Positions 26,551-39,479 of a stretch of 64,000 nt of DNA are shown piece after piece (position 1 is the first letter of the stretch; every line of letters begins with the position of its first letter). The notes below the pieces were generated by a model, which saw only the letters and a program-made list of their open reading frames with translations, was not told where the DNA came from and did not search any database. This DNA comes from Octopus sinensis. Lineage: Eukaryota. The stretch spans positions 58,156,001-58,220,000 of the forward strand of contig NC_043004.1 in NCBI RefSeq assembly GCF_006345805.1, read 5' to 3'. Position numbers and translations under genes: made by a program.

Positions 26551-26908
26551 CTGGTCGAGTAACCCATCCCGCTCAAAAGGTCCCTGAATAAGGGTTGTTT
26601 AAGGATGTTGAACGAAGCACCCATGTTTCCAGAGGTGAATTATTCAAACCCTAAAGAATCCCTCTCAACACACGGCTATGATGCTCCCCCACTACTTCTG
26701 CTTGTGATCAGAAATGCACATATCGTCAGCCACTGAAGGACATGGTCAACTGTTATGGTCAAACAACTGACAAGCAAATCTGTGGTATTGAGCAGAATAT
26801 TTGCTGTAGCCCATCTTTTATACCAAGACAAAACAATGTACATGATAACACTTCCAATCAGCTAAGATCAGCAACCACGTGAGCCACTGCCTGGTACTGC
26901 ATCAGGGC

Positions 26909-26910
<2 letters not shown>
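26551..26910 (+). mobile_element. Putative retroposon 3' fragment bounded by (ATT)n
   Basis: ~360-bp complex sequence with (GAT)(TAT)n upstream and (TAT)~20 downstream; no ORF recognised. Confidence 0.4.
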
Positions 26911-26973
<63 letters not shown>

Positions 26974-27542
26974 CAGTGTGGTGGTTCGGCTAAATCGTTA
27001 GAGCAAGAGCAAAATCCAAAGCGATCCAACTTTTTTTTATGACGTTCTTTTCTGAATTCAAATCCCACCGATGTGAAATTTATCTTTCATTTACGTAGGG
27101 TCGGTAAAATAAAGTACTGCGGTGGTGGGCATGGTTGTGTTAATGCAATCAGCTAAACCGCTCCCACATAATTGCTAGCCTCCAGCTTCAATTAGAAACA
27201 ATTGTTAATTATTCTCGTCATCAACGTCGTTATTAATCGTATTGATGGTCAAGGCTGTATCATTGTCAGTGTTACTGTTGTAATTTTCCAATCGAAGCTT
27301 CCTAAATAAGTTCACGAATTGTCTGTTGTTTATCTATTTGTTTACTAAAGAGTTTCTCAATGAGGAAAGCAACTACTGCTGTCAGTTTGTATCGATTTGT
27401 TGCTATTTCATTCATAGCTATGGTTCAGACATTATCCCTCAGACGACGTACAGACTGGACGACAAAGAGAATTACATAGAACTGCATTAAGAGAAAGTTG
27501 GGTGCAATGATGCATAATGATTGAGAAGTCCGAAGACACACG

Positions 27543-27591
<49 letters not shown>

Positions 27592-27857
27592 CACACACAC
27601 ACACAAACATCTATACACACACACAAGCAGTGTGTATGTATGTATATGTCTATATATAGGCATGTACCGATGTATACAGAGTAAGAGACACAGAGAGAGA
27701 GAGAGAGAGAAGAGAGAGATGGGGGGGGGGAAATTACAGACAGATTTGGGGATATGAGGTAGGATTGAGAAAAAGGAGAGAAAGAAAAATTGAAAAGATG
27801 ACCAGGAAAGAAAAAAATAAGGAAAATTGTAAAAGGAAATACATACATACATACATA

Positions 27858-27905
<48 letters not shown>

Positions 27906-28099
27906 TATATAATATATATATATATATATTATATATATATATATATAACAGAAGACACAGACAAGCAGGCATACAATGATGCTCGTTTCCATTTAAAGTT
28001 ATATATAAAATCAGCTTAACATTGTATTCGAGGCTCACTTGGATCACCCAATATTTTTCTGTGGAGTAGCATATCTATTTATTGTTACAAGAAAGATTG

Positions 28100-28143
28100 A
28101 CAATGACTTCGAAGTTTCGGCCTACTAGTCGTCATCAGACTGT
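28100..28143 (-). ncRNA. Minimal hammerhead ribozyme, stem II degenerate
   Basis: Minus strand: ACAGT-CTGATGA-C-GACTAGTAGGCC-GAAA-CTTCGAAG-TC-ATTGT. Stem III is the palindrome ACTTCGAAGT and the triplet is GUC. Confidence 0.5.
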
Positions 28144-28609
28144 GACTTAGTTTCTTATTCTTTCCTTTTTTTTTTTTGTTTTTCAAACCTTATATCAAGT
28201 TTATTATTGCTGGTTTCAACGGATGGGTGGAGCAATGTATAGTATGAATATTAGTTGATAGGGATAAAGGAAAAATGTAGTGTAAGGAGAGGATGAAGAA
28301 GGAGAGGAAGTAAGTATATGGTTATAGGATGGGGGTAGAAAAGAGTCTGGTTTAACAAATGATCGTGTTCTTTTGGTAGCAACTAGCCGGGTGATTAAAT
28401 GTTCTAAACGTAACTAACCCAACAGTTAAGTTTATATGCCTTTTTTCGGTTCAGTCGAGTATATAAATCTAGATGCTGACAGTTATATTTGTATAGAAGT
28501 TCATGTGGTAGATAGGTCATATTCCGATAACAATTTGTTTTAGCTGAAGGTTTTCCTGGTTAAATGAGTACTTTTATGGGTTTGTTAGAGGATGAAGTTA
28601 GAGGTTAGT

Positions 28610-28979
28610 GCCCAGTGGTTAGGGTAGCGGACTCGCGATCGTAGGATCGCGGTTTCGATTCCCAGACCGGGCGTTGTGAGTGTTTATTGAGCGAAAACAC
28701 CTAAAGCTCCACGAGGCTCCGGCAGGGGATGGTGGTGATCCCTGCTGTACTCTTTCACCACAACTTTCTCTCACTCTTACTTCCTGTTTCTGTTGTACCT
28801 GTATTTCAAAGGGCCGGCCTTGTCACTCTCTGTGTCACGCTGAATATCCCCGAGAACTACGTTAAGGGTACACGTGTCTGGGGAGTGCTCAGCCACTTAC
28901 ACGTTAATTTCACGAGCAGGGTGTTCCGTTGATCGGATCAGCCGGAACCCTCATCGTCGTAACCGACGGAGTGCTTCCC
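28610..28979 (+). mobile_element. SINE family C (tRNA-derived)
   Basis: Near-identical to 35592-35980 and 37815-38193; TSD AGAGGTTAGT at 28600-28609 / 28980-28989. Confidence 0.92.
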
Positions 28980-29334
28980 AGAGGTTAGTATTATCCTAAT
29001 TTAGATTTGATACAATAATATATACAAATATAGGTGTGACAAGCTAACTTAATAAAAGGTTTGCTTCTAAGTAAATTTTCAACTTCACGTCCAGATATAT
29101 CTACACGTGTGTGCGCGGCGCGTGCGTGTGTGTTTGTGTGTGTGTGCGTGTGCGTCTGTGAATATGCATACAATGCTTATATACATGCATATATACATAT
29201 ATGATATATATTTGTATGTGTGTATATATATATATATGTATATATTTATGTATATATATATGTGTGTGTATGTGTGTGCGTGTGTGTATACATAGATACA
29301 TATATGTATACATACATAGATATATATGGTTGAG

Positions 29335-29708
29335 TATACAAGGAAAGAAATAACTTGAAAATAACAGATTTGTTTTACGAGACTAAAGAATATAATTGAA
29401 TCGTATTATACAATATTATACAAAATAAAATGTCCTTCCTCTAATAAAATGACCGGTTTCGCTGAATTTTTCAAATTTTGAATGTTAGATGCAATTCGTA
29501 ACGATCCCATGCTAACAAACAAAATTTCTCATTTCGAATTGCATCTAATACTCAAAATTTGAAAAACTTCAGCGAAACCAGTCATTTGATTAAAGAAACA
29601 ATCTTATTTTGTATAATATAGTATAATACTTTTGCCATGATGAGTTAAATATATTCTTTAGTCTCGTAAAACAAATCTTATTTTGTACAATTTTATTTCT
29701 TTCCTTGT
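29335..29708. repeat. Large imperfect fold-back (PLE-terminus-like)
   Basis: 29335-29500 is approximately the reverse complement of 29540-29708; the arms carry GAAACC(G/A)GTC. Confidence 0.65.
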
Positions 29709-29880
29709 CCTTGGGGCTGGCCGGATCGGAGCGATCTCAAGATTAATCAGCCGAAATTGCTAGGATGATCCGGTTCTTGACTGAAGATTGAAGGCTTCGA
29801 ATGTCCCGTCCGTGTTTTTTGTATCGTCTTCTAAATGTTTTAGTTCTTGTCCCAGTTTGTATTTTTCTACATATAATATA

Positions 29881-29939
<59 letters not shown>

Positions 29940-29940
29940 C

Positions 29941-30202
29941 ACTCCTTGTTTACTCTTTTCTTGTTTCAGTCGTTTAACTGTGGCCATGCTGGAGCACCGC
30001 CTTTAGTTGAGCAAATCGACCCCAGGACTTATTCTTTGTGAGCCTAGTAATTATTCTATCGGTTCTTTTGCCGAACCGTTAAGTTACGGGGACGTAAACA
30101 CACCAGCATCGGTTGTCAAGCGATATTGAGTGGGGGACAAACACAGGCACACAACCATACACACACACACACACAACACACACACACCACACACACACAC
30201 AT

Positions 30203-30292
<90 letters not shown>

Positions 30293-30429
30293 ACGGGCTT
30301 CTTTCAGTTTCCACTCACAAGGCTTTGGTTGGCCCGAGGCTATAGTAGAAGACACTTGGCCAAGGTGCCACGCAGTGGGACTGAACCCGGAACTATGTGG
30401 TTCGTATGCAAGCTACTTACCACACAGCC
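29941..30429 (-). mobile_element. SINE family A
   Basis: Reverse-complement match with a long internal microsatellite. Confidence 0.9.
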
Positions 30430-31244
30430 TTTCTCTCTCTATATATATATATATATAATGGAATAGGGAAAATCACTTATAAGATGAACATTTAGTTTAC
30501 TGAACCAAACTCAGGGAGAAGTTAATAGAGAAATGGAAAGATACAAGCGTTGAAAGTTACAACCAAAATATAGAAGCAACGAGAACATGGTAGAAGTTGG
30601 TTATGCCTAAAGGTACAAAAGAAAAGAGAAATAAATACGAAGTGGAATAAAACTAGTGAGGCTGAAGAGAAATATATTCACAAAGTGTTATTCAGGGGAA
30701 AGAAAAAGAACGAAAGTTTACCGAGATATGCACAGTGTGATAAGAGAGACAAGAGGGGAGAGATAGAGAGATACAATGAAGAAATATTAGAGAGAAAGTG
30801 TTAAGCATGTGATATTTAGAAAAATAAGGTGGAAACATATATAAAGAGAGTGAGATTATAGGAGAACCAAGTCAATGATAAATATGTTTTTAACTTTGTA
30901 ATTTTCATCCGATAAACATTTTCACAGACCACAATAAGCATTTATTTTTCTAGAACACTGAAATGATTTAAGAAACTACAGAAAAATAATCAATTTAACC
31001 ACCATTTTGCTTCCTCTCGGTTTCAACAGGAGAACTGCAAAAAAAGAATGAACTTATTGAAACGTTGTGTATGCACAGGCATACATGTCCTACGTGTATG
31101 CATTTGTGATGTATATTTGTTATGAAGAGTATTCCTCATCTTTGTGTATATGTACGTACGTATACATATACATATATACACACACATATATATATATGTA
31201 TATATACGTATATATATATATACACACATATATATATGCATATA

Positions 31245-31537
31245 GTGAAAGCACATGGCTCAGTGGTTAGAGCGTCGAGCTTACTATCATAAGGTTGTGA
31301 GTTCGATTCCCGGACCGGGCTGCGTGTTGTGTTCTTGAGCAAGACACTTTATTTCACGTTGCTCCAGTTAACTCAGCTGTAGAAATGAGTTGCGACGCCA
31401 GAGGTTTCAACACGCATCGGGTGTTGCCTTTCCCTTGGATAACACTGGTGGCTGGAGAAGGGAGGCCGGTATGCATGGGCGACCTTGGCTGGGAGGGAGG
31501 ATAATCCCATGGTCATTCATGACCGAAGATGTTCACC
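31245..31537 (+). mobile_element. SINE family D (tRNA head plus CORE-like domain)
   Basis: TGGCTCAGTGG / GTTCGATTCC boxes, then GTGTTCTTGAGCAAGACACTTTATTTCACGTTGCTCCAGT...CTGTAGAAATGAG, resembling the MIR CORE. Confidence 0.8.
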
Positions 31538-31560
31538 CCTATATATATATATATATATAT

Positions 31561-31796
31561 ATAACAAAAGGGACATTAGCCATTTGAATGTGGCTAGGGA
31601 CAGGGCAGGGCGGTGGGGGTGTTACTGATGCATTTAGTCCCAGGCGATCATCAACGTCACCAGATAGGCTGACACCATCACGGTGTCAGCCTATCTGGTG
31701 ACGTTGATGATCGCCTGGGACTAAATGCATCAGTAACACCCCACCGCCCTGCCCTGTCCCTAGCCACATTCAAATGGCTAATGTCCCTTTTGTTAT
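31561..31796. repeat. Near-perfect 236-bp palindrome
   Basis: Arms 31561-31676 and 31682-31796 with a 5-nt loop ATCAC; the only difference seen is G5 vs C4 in one homopolymer. Confidence 0.95.
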
Positions 31797-31838
31797 GGAG
31801 CAGTTACTGTCTATATCTCGTTTAGAGAATTATTATTG

Positions 31839-31874
<36 letters not shown>

Positions 31875-32405
31875 CAAGTGCAAATACACGCATGCATATG
31901 AGATAAATAAAAGTATGTTCAATAGCATACAAGATAAATTCTTCATTTATTGAAATAATGTATGTATATATATGTATATACACACACACACACAGACATA
32001 TATATATATATAAATATATATAATATAATATTATATAGATATATATATGTTGGTATGTCGTTGCATATTTACTGTGGTTGACTATATGCATATGCGCAAT
32101 ATACCTGTGTGAGAGTGTGTGTTTATAAGTATATTTAAAGGGTGCATGGATAAATTTAAAGTTCGAGTCAGATACGATTATTAGTCTGTGAATGTTGCCG
32201 AAACATACCGACAACGAACATGGAGATGCTAGCGGTTTTATTGTGGATTCGATCATGCGAATGAATTTGTATTGACTGGCATAATGCACACAGAACAAAA
32301 TTTCAAGTTCAACGGGAAAATGTTGACTGACGAATAGCAATGAATATGACCACACACTGCTTACACGAATATGCCTATATGCATCGGCCGATGCAACTTC
32401 ATTGT

Positions 32406-32635
32406 GAGGCGGCGAGCTGGCAGAAACGTTAGCACGCCGGGCGAAATGCGTAGCCGTATCTCGTCTGTTGTTACGTTGTGAGTTCAAATTCCGCCGAGGA
32501 CTTTGCACTTTCATCCTTTCGGGGTCGATAAATAAAGTACCTGTTACGCACTGGGGTCGATGTAATCAATTTAATCCGTTTGCCTGTCCTTGTTTGTCCC
32601 CTCTATGTTTAACCCCTTGTGGACAATAAAGAAAT
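32406..32635 (+). mobile_element. SINE family B (tRNA-derived)
   Basis: GGCGGCGAGCTGGCAGAA...GAGTTCAAATTCC...AATAAAGAAATA; four good copies in the window. Confidence 0.9.
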
Positions 32636-32699
32636 ATATATTCATACTCCTGAGCCCAAACACAAACTCACACATACATACACACTCGCGCGTGCGCAT

Positions 32700-32846
32700 A
32701 CATATATGCATACACCTGTGCATACATACTTGCATACGTACATACATACATACATACATACATACATACATACATACATAATACATACATACATACATAC
32801 ATACATACATACATACACACATACACACACACACACACACACACAT

Positions 32847-32885
<39 letters not shown>

Positions 32886-33071
32886 CTCATACATACATAC
32901 ATACATACATACATACATACATACATACATACATACATACATACATACATACATACATACATACATACATACATACATACATACATACATACATACATAC
33001 ATACATACATACATACATACATACATACATACATACATACATACATACATACATACATACATACATACATA
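32700..33071. repeat. (TACA)n/(CA)n microsatellite
   Basis: Long, near-pure TACA tract. Confidence 0.95.
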
Positions 33072-33633
33072 CGGACGTACGCATAAAGTACATCTGTTTC
33101 GCAAACATAAGGACTCAATTTATACGTAGCAAGTATACGTATAATATTTACGGATCGCCCCTTGAAGGAAACTATGTGGAAGCCATTCGGTGGTGGGAGG
33201 ACTGCATACGTAATTGAAACGGCACACAGATCCTGCTGGTGAATTATGTTAAGAATACGCCTCTCTATGGAATACCCAACAACTTTGCATACTAAATTAA
33301 TGATTAAATTCATCAATATATATATATATTGAACAAGATCGTAAAATGGAAACATGCGGCCATGTGTTACGAACTATTTTATTTCATTTTGCATATCGAT
33401 GTTTCAGCACTATTCCTTTCTTTGGTAATGGATTACTAGTGATCGTACGCTTTATGTACATTTATATGCGTATGAATGTGTGTTTCTTTGCTTAGAAGCA
33501 GATGTGTATAAAATTGTTTATGATGTGGATGTGTATAAAATTACATATGCATACATATCTAAACAAACAGGCGAAAATATATCTATATATACACATGTAT
33601 TTTCCTCCCTATCACGTTGTCTTGTCTCTCACC

Positions 33634-33669
<36 letters not shown>

Positions 33670-34441
33670 TACACACACACATACACGTACAAATACACAC
33701 ATACACGCACGCACCAACACAAGTACTACGTCTCCTTTGCACTCTGATACATATAAAACAAACACAGGTAGAATGAGAAAAAGTTATTCACCATTTTGAG
33801 TTTGAGAATGATAATTTAGAAGTAAAAAGAGAAATACTTTAAACCTTATATGCACTCCACCATCTTTTCATTAACAGTATTTTCCTGTAGAGTTCAAAAT
33901 ATCATTTTTATGATTCTCTTTTTTTCCCTAAAATTCTATCATTTGTTTTCACATTCCAACAATAAAATATTGTTGTTGTATTTCCATATCATGATACTTC
34001 AATGCAAATTCTTAGTTTGGTTTATTATCTAATTTCTTATTTCATTTTTTAAAATTCATTTAACAATAAATGTTTATCCTTTGAAAAGAAACTGAAGTAA
34101 ATTGAATAATAATAAAAAAAAAATTTGAAAACGAGCGAAATTAATATAACCAGATGGAAAACAAAAAAAAATGGGTTTCAATACTTTCACTATTTTCATC
34201 ATCAGATATAACCACAAAAGAGTTGAATATGGTGATTAGGGGTTAATGTTGGAGGTTAGCTAACATTTATACGGAAGCTGTTAATAAAAGGGAATTAATT
34301 CAAAATATTTCTATTTCTTACTCATCATTAGTGGAAGCATAGTCTTCACTATTGCTTGTTGGCCCTGTTGTAAGTTGCTTGATATATAACAATGTTAGAA
34401 GTGTAAGAAAACATTGGGTGTTACTAGGAAATAAAATTAAA

Positions 34442-34850
34442 AGGCGCAGGAGTGGCTGTGTGGTAAGTAGCTTGCTAACCAACCACATGGTTCCGGGTTC
34501 AGTCCTATTGCATGGCAAGTGTCTTCTGCTATAGCCCCGAGCCGACCAAAGCCTTGTGAGTGGATTTGGTAGACGGAAACTGAAAGAAGCCTGTCGTATA
34601 TATGTATATATATATATATGTATGTGTGTGTATTTGTGTGTCTGTGTTTGTCCCCCTAGCATTGCTTGACAACCGATGCTGGTGTGTTTACGTCCCTGTC
34701 ACTTAGCGGTTCGGCAAAAGAGACCGATAGAATAAGTACTGGGCTTACAAAGAATAAGTTCCGGGGTCGATTTACTCGACTAAAGGCGGTGCTCCAGCAT
34801 GGCCGCAGTCAAATGACTGAAACAAGTAAAAGAGTAAAAGAGTAAAAGAG
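34442..34850 (+). mobile_element. SINE family A, full length
   Basis: Family A match. Confidence 0.92.
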
Positions 34851-35023
34851 GTACACCCTCTCTCTCTCCCTCCCTCTCTCTCTCTCTCTCTCCCACTCTC
34901 TCACTCTCTCTCTCCCCTCACACCCCGTATGTACCGTTACGCGAAGTCTGACAGGGCTGTAAGGCTTTCTATATTTGCCAGCGATTATATAGATACCTAA
35001 ATCAATTAGTGCCTGCAATGTAT

Positions 35024-35258
35024 ATATTTCTTTACTACCCACAAGGGGCTAAACGCAGAGGGGACAAACAAGGACAGACAAACGGATTAAGTCGATTATA
35101 TATCGACCCCAGTGTGTAACAGGTACTTATTTAATCGACCTCGAAAGGATGAAAGGCAAAGTCGACCTCGGCGGAATTTGAAATCAGAGCGTAACGGCAG
35201 ACGAAATACGGCAACGCATTTCGCCCGGCGTGCTAACGTTTCTGCCATCTCGCCGCCT
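35024..35258 (-). mobile_element. SINE family B
   Basis: Reverse-complement match; CTGCAATGTATAT on both flanks (TSD). Confidence 0.92.
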
Positions 35259-35591
35259 TGACTGCAATGTATATGCTACCGGATCATACTCGCTTGCGAT
35301 TGGTGGCTATATTCTATATGAGGAATAAAGTTACAGTGCAGTGTAAACAATCCAGAGACTGGTAAGAATTGCTGAACGGAAATGGATTTAGGGATAAATT
35401 AACTGTATAAATAATGATAACATTCAAACGCTTGACCCGTGGAAATTCTACAGTTTGAATTTAAAATTAAATTCTCTTAAATTCTTTCTCTTATCTGATG
35501 AAAAATCTCATTTCGTTTTTTTCTTTCTTTTTTGTCATTCAAATTTTCTCTTCTCCGTCGTCGCTTTCGTAGTTGTTTTAATGATTCTTCT

Positions 35592-35980
35592 GTGGAGGCG
35601 CAATGGCCCAGTGGTTAGGGCAGCGGACTCACGGTCATAGGATCGCGGTTTCGATTCCCAGACCGGGCGTTGTGAGTGTTTATTGAGCGAAAACACCTAA
35701 AGCTCCACGAGGCTCCGGCAGGGGATGGTGGTGATCCCTGCTGTACTCTTTCACCACAACTTTCTATCACTCTTACTTCCTGTTTCTGTTGTACCTGTAT
35801 TTCAAAGGGCCGGCCTTGTCACTCTCTGTGTCACGCTGAATATCCCCGAGAACTACGTTAAGGGTACACGTGCCTGTGGAGTGCTCAGCCACTTACACGT
35901 TAATTTCACGAGCAGGCTGTTCCGTTGATTCGGATCAACCGGAACCCTCGTCGTCGTAACCGACGGAGTGCTTCCGTTCC
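35592..35980 (+). mobile_element. SINE family C, full length
   Basis: GGAGGCGCAATGGCCCAGTGG head; TSD AATGATTCTTCT at 35580-35591 / 35981-35992. Confidence 0.93.
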
Positions 35981-37222
35981 AATGATTCTTCTCTCTCTTC
36001 TTGTCTTACCCGTTCTTTACTCGTGCCTTGTTCTCTCTTTTGTTAATTGAGGTTGTCTATCGCAGTTTTAATTTTATAAAACTAAAGAATATGAAGCTTA
36101 ATCTTCGCTGTCAAACGGATGGTAATTACTTGCATGAAAGCACATGCGTGAACTGATTAAGGTGTTCTTTTTTTTTTATTAGTTCAATAAGAAAGCAAAA
36201 AAAAAAACCCCCAACATTTTTCGCCGTTGCCTCGTTACCACTACAAACGTCACTTCCATTAACCCTACTTATACAACTCTAACACTTTAGCAACAAACTA
36301 CAACAGATTTTAGCACATTAAATGTTTGTGCGTGTGTGTGTGTATGTGTCAGTTGTGAGCTCGTGTGTCATTAAATGTCTTCGTAACGTTCCTTATTCCT
36401 CTTCTTTTTGATACCACTTCCTTCTACCGAACGTTCATCCCCTCCTCCTCCTCTCTCTCTCTCTCTCTCTCTCTCCTCATCTTACATAACACCACTTCTT
36501 ACAACTGAAATCTTTCTTCTGAGCGTCACGGACGTTCGTAGGTAGCAATGTATTCTTTACTCAAGACAATCACATTCGGTAAAACAGAAAACGCAAAGTC
36601 GTTTGATTTAATGTCCCATTTAACCTCAATTTAAGTATACGTGTGCTCAAAATTACTTTGAACACTTTCCGCCGGGTCATAATATTAAAAAATATTTTAT
36701 AGGACGTAAACTTCATCGGTGAACATAATCTTGCTACAGTGAGAAAATATCAGTAAAACTTTTAACTGGTTCCATCTATTCCTTCCTACACATAAAACGT
36801 AACATCTTAATCCAGGAAATAGTCCATTAAATAATTCAAGTCTTTCTTCAGATTTATTTGTAGCGGACAATTCAGTTTCTAAAGACTAGATAATGTTAAC
36901 TGACAAACACACACACGCACGCACACACATAGATATATGCATATATATTTATACTTATATACACTATATATATATACACATATATACATTATATATATAC
37001 ACATATCTATCCATATATACACAAATATATGTATATATATATATATATATATATAAACATATATACACTATATATATATATACATATATACATTATACAT
37101 ACGCATATATATATATGTATATATACATAAATATATGCATATATATACATATATGTATATATATACATATATACATTATATATACACTCACATATATATA
37201 TGTATATAGACAAATTATGCAT

Positions 37223-37256
<34 letters not shown>

Positions 37257-37621
37257 ATAACATATATACACTATATATATACATATATACACTATATATC
37301 TATACAACACACATAATTAATACATTATATATATATATGTACACATATACATACATATATATACACTTCATATATATAGATATATATACGCACTATATAA
37401 AATACAGTGTAAATCTAAACGCATAAGAGATGGCCATAACAGGACATCTGACTAGTCAGATGTCTTGTTATGGCCGTATTTAAATGTACGCTGTATTTTA
37501 TATGAATAATATGCAGTCTATTGACTAGTTTTTTCTTCTCGTTAGACCACTGGTAGCAAAGAATTACTCTAAATTTTTTTGGTACCCTGAAATTTATACG
37601 CACTGTATATTATATATATAT

Positions 37622-37674
<53 letters not shown>

Positions 37675-37814
37675 ATATATATAACATATATATATAGATA
37701 TAGATATATACATATATATATATATATAATATATATATATATTATAGATATATATACATATATAATATATTATATATATATATAAATATATATATAATAT
37801 ATATACATATATAT

Positions 37815-38193
37815 GGAGGCGCATGGCCCAGTGGTTAGGGCAGCCGGACTCGCGGTCGTAGGATCACGGTTTCGATTCCCAGACCGGCGTTGTGAGTGTT
37901 TATTGAGCGAAAAAAACACTTAAAGCTCCACGAGCTCCGGCAGAGGATGGTGGTGATCCCTGCTGTACTCTTTCACCACAACTTTCTATCACTTTACTTC
38001 CTGTTTCTGTTGTACATGTATTTCAAAGGGCCGGCCTTGTCACTCTTTGTGTCACGCTGAATCTCCCGAGAACTACGTAAGGGTACACGTGTCTGTGGAG
38101 TGCTCAGCCACTTACACGTTAATTTCACGAGCAGCTGTTCCGTTGATTCGGATCAACCGGAACCCTCGTCGTCGTAACCGACGGAGTGCTTCC
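37815..38193 (+). mobile_element. SINE family C, full length
   Basis: Family C match with several single-base homopolymer losses relative to the other copies. Confidence 0.92.
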
Positions 38194-38206
38194 ATATATA
38201 GATATG

Positions 38207-38395
38207 TAGGTCCCGGGTTGATTCGGGTTAACCACAGTAAATAAGGTACTCAATACATAGCAGAGTAAAATTAATTATTATAGAAGGAGCTTCTACAGGA
38301 CTAGAAACTGTTTCATTCAACAGAAATCTTCAGGGCTTCCTGAAGATTTCTCTTGAATGAAACAGTTCTAGTCCTGTAGAAGCTCCTTCTATATA

Positions 38396-38400
<5 letters not shown>
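38207..38400. mobile_element. Fold-back mini-element (PLE-terminus-like), family P4
   Basis: Unique ~70-bp segment plus inverted arms 38279-38334 / 38339-38393, ending AATAAA+(TA)n. Confidence 0.6.
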
Positions 38401-38445
<45 letters not shown>

Positions 38446-38470
38446 CATATATATATATTATATACATATA

Positions 38471-38526
<56 letters not shown>

Positions 38527-38536
38527 GTTACATATA

Positions 38537-38584
<48 letters not shown>

Positions 38585-38598
38585 TATATATATATATA

Positions 38599-38632
<34 letters not shown>

Positions 38633-38676
38633 ATATAATATATATATACTTTATTTTAAGCAGCAGAAAATTTAAC

Positions 38677-38723
38677 AAAATCTGTTACTCTGAGTTTCTC
38701 GTTGCCGTTCATCAGACAGTTTT
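38677..38723 (-). ncRNA. Minimal hammerhead ribozyme in a family P1 arm
   Basis: Minus strand: AAAACTGT-CTGATGA-ACG(GCAA)CGA-GAAA-CTC(A)GAG-TA-ACAGATTTT. The core is intact; one stem II mismatch. Confidence 0.6.
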
Positions 38724-39479
38724 GGTAGAATGGAACATATATATTAATTCAATCTATACTCTTACAAACGCTACACCTTTAAAAGAAATGGACTGTTTGA
38801 TTGCCCTTTAGAAAAAACGGTCAATCTTCGAGCGATAAACCAAAAGGTCAAAAATATATGTATATATATATAAAAAAACTTATAAAAATTATAAAAATTA
38901 TAAAATCCGAGGAAAAAACCGAGGAAAAAACCTATTGCCGTAAATGAAGACAGTACAATTATGCATAGAAATTAAACCTGTTATAAATACTGCAATACAT
39001 ATTTATTATAAAATCCCATATATATTACATACACAAAAGGATGCGCGTAAACGCCGTACATACATATACAGACGTATGAATATGAATCTAAATTATACAC
39101 TAAAGCATGTGTACATATATTCACGCAAACCGTCTCGCACGCAAGCTAAAATTCATCTATGTAGCAATTCTCATATACTGAGCAAGAGGGGGAACGAAAG
39201 AAAGGGAAAGAGAGAAAAAGGAACGAAAGAGGGGGGGAAACTTGTAGCGATGTTATTGGCATCTATAGAGGCCAGTATACATACACAAGTTTGAATTGAT
39301 ACATATACATACCGTCGTGTGTATGCGTGCTTAAGCACAAGCATACTTTCACTTACACATACACAGATACGCATGCTTACAAATACATATGCTTTGCTAT
39401 ACACAAACTTATATAAACATTCTAATTTGACAACATTGCTTTTTTTAAAAAAACATTGCTTTTAAAAATGGGTGCATTA

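Larger units (their letters stand above)
28060..29100 (-). mobile_element. Decayed Penelope-like remnant interrupted by SINE-C
   Basis: YLDVKL-like peptide on the minus strand near 29080 and a terminal region carrying a hammerhead motif at 28100-28143. Confidence 0.45.

Noticed and set aside
29446-29480. GAAACCGGTC half-hammerhead
   Set aside because: The CUGANGA half and the 5' strand of stem II are not recognisable.
31822-33355. 230-aa and 237-aa minus-strand ORFs
   Set aside because: Largely SINE-B and microsatellite; the unique parts show no recognisable domain.
38339-38375. CTGAAGA...GAAAC in the P4 fold-back as a hammerhead
   Set aside because: No 10.1-11.1 pair and no stem I partner; at best a truncated relic.
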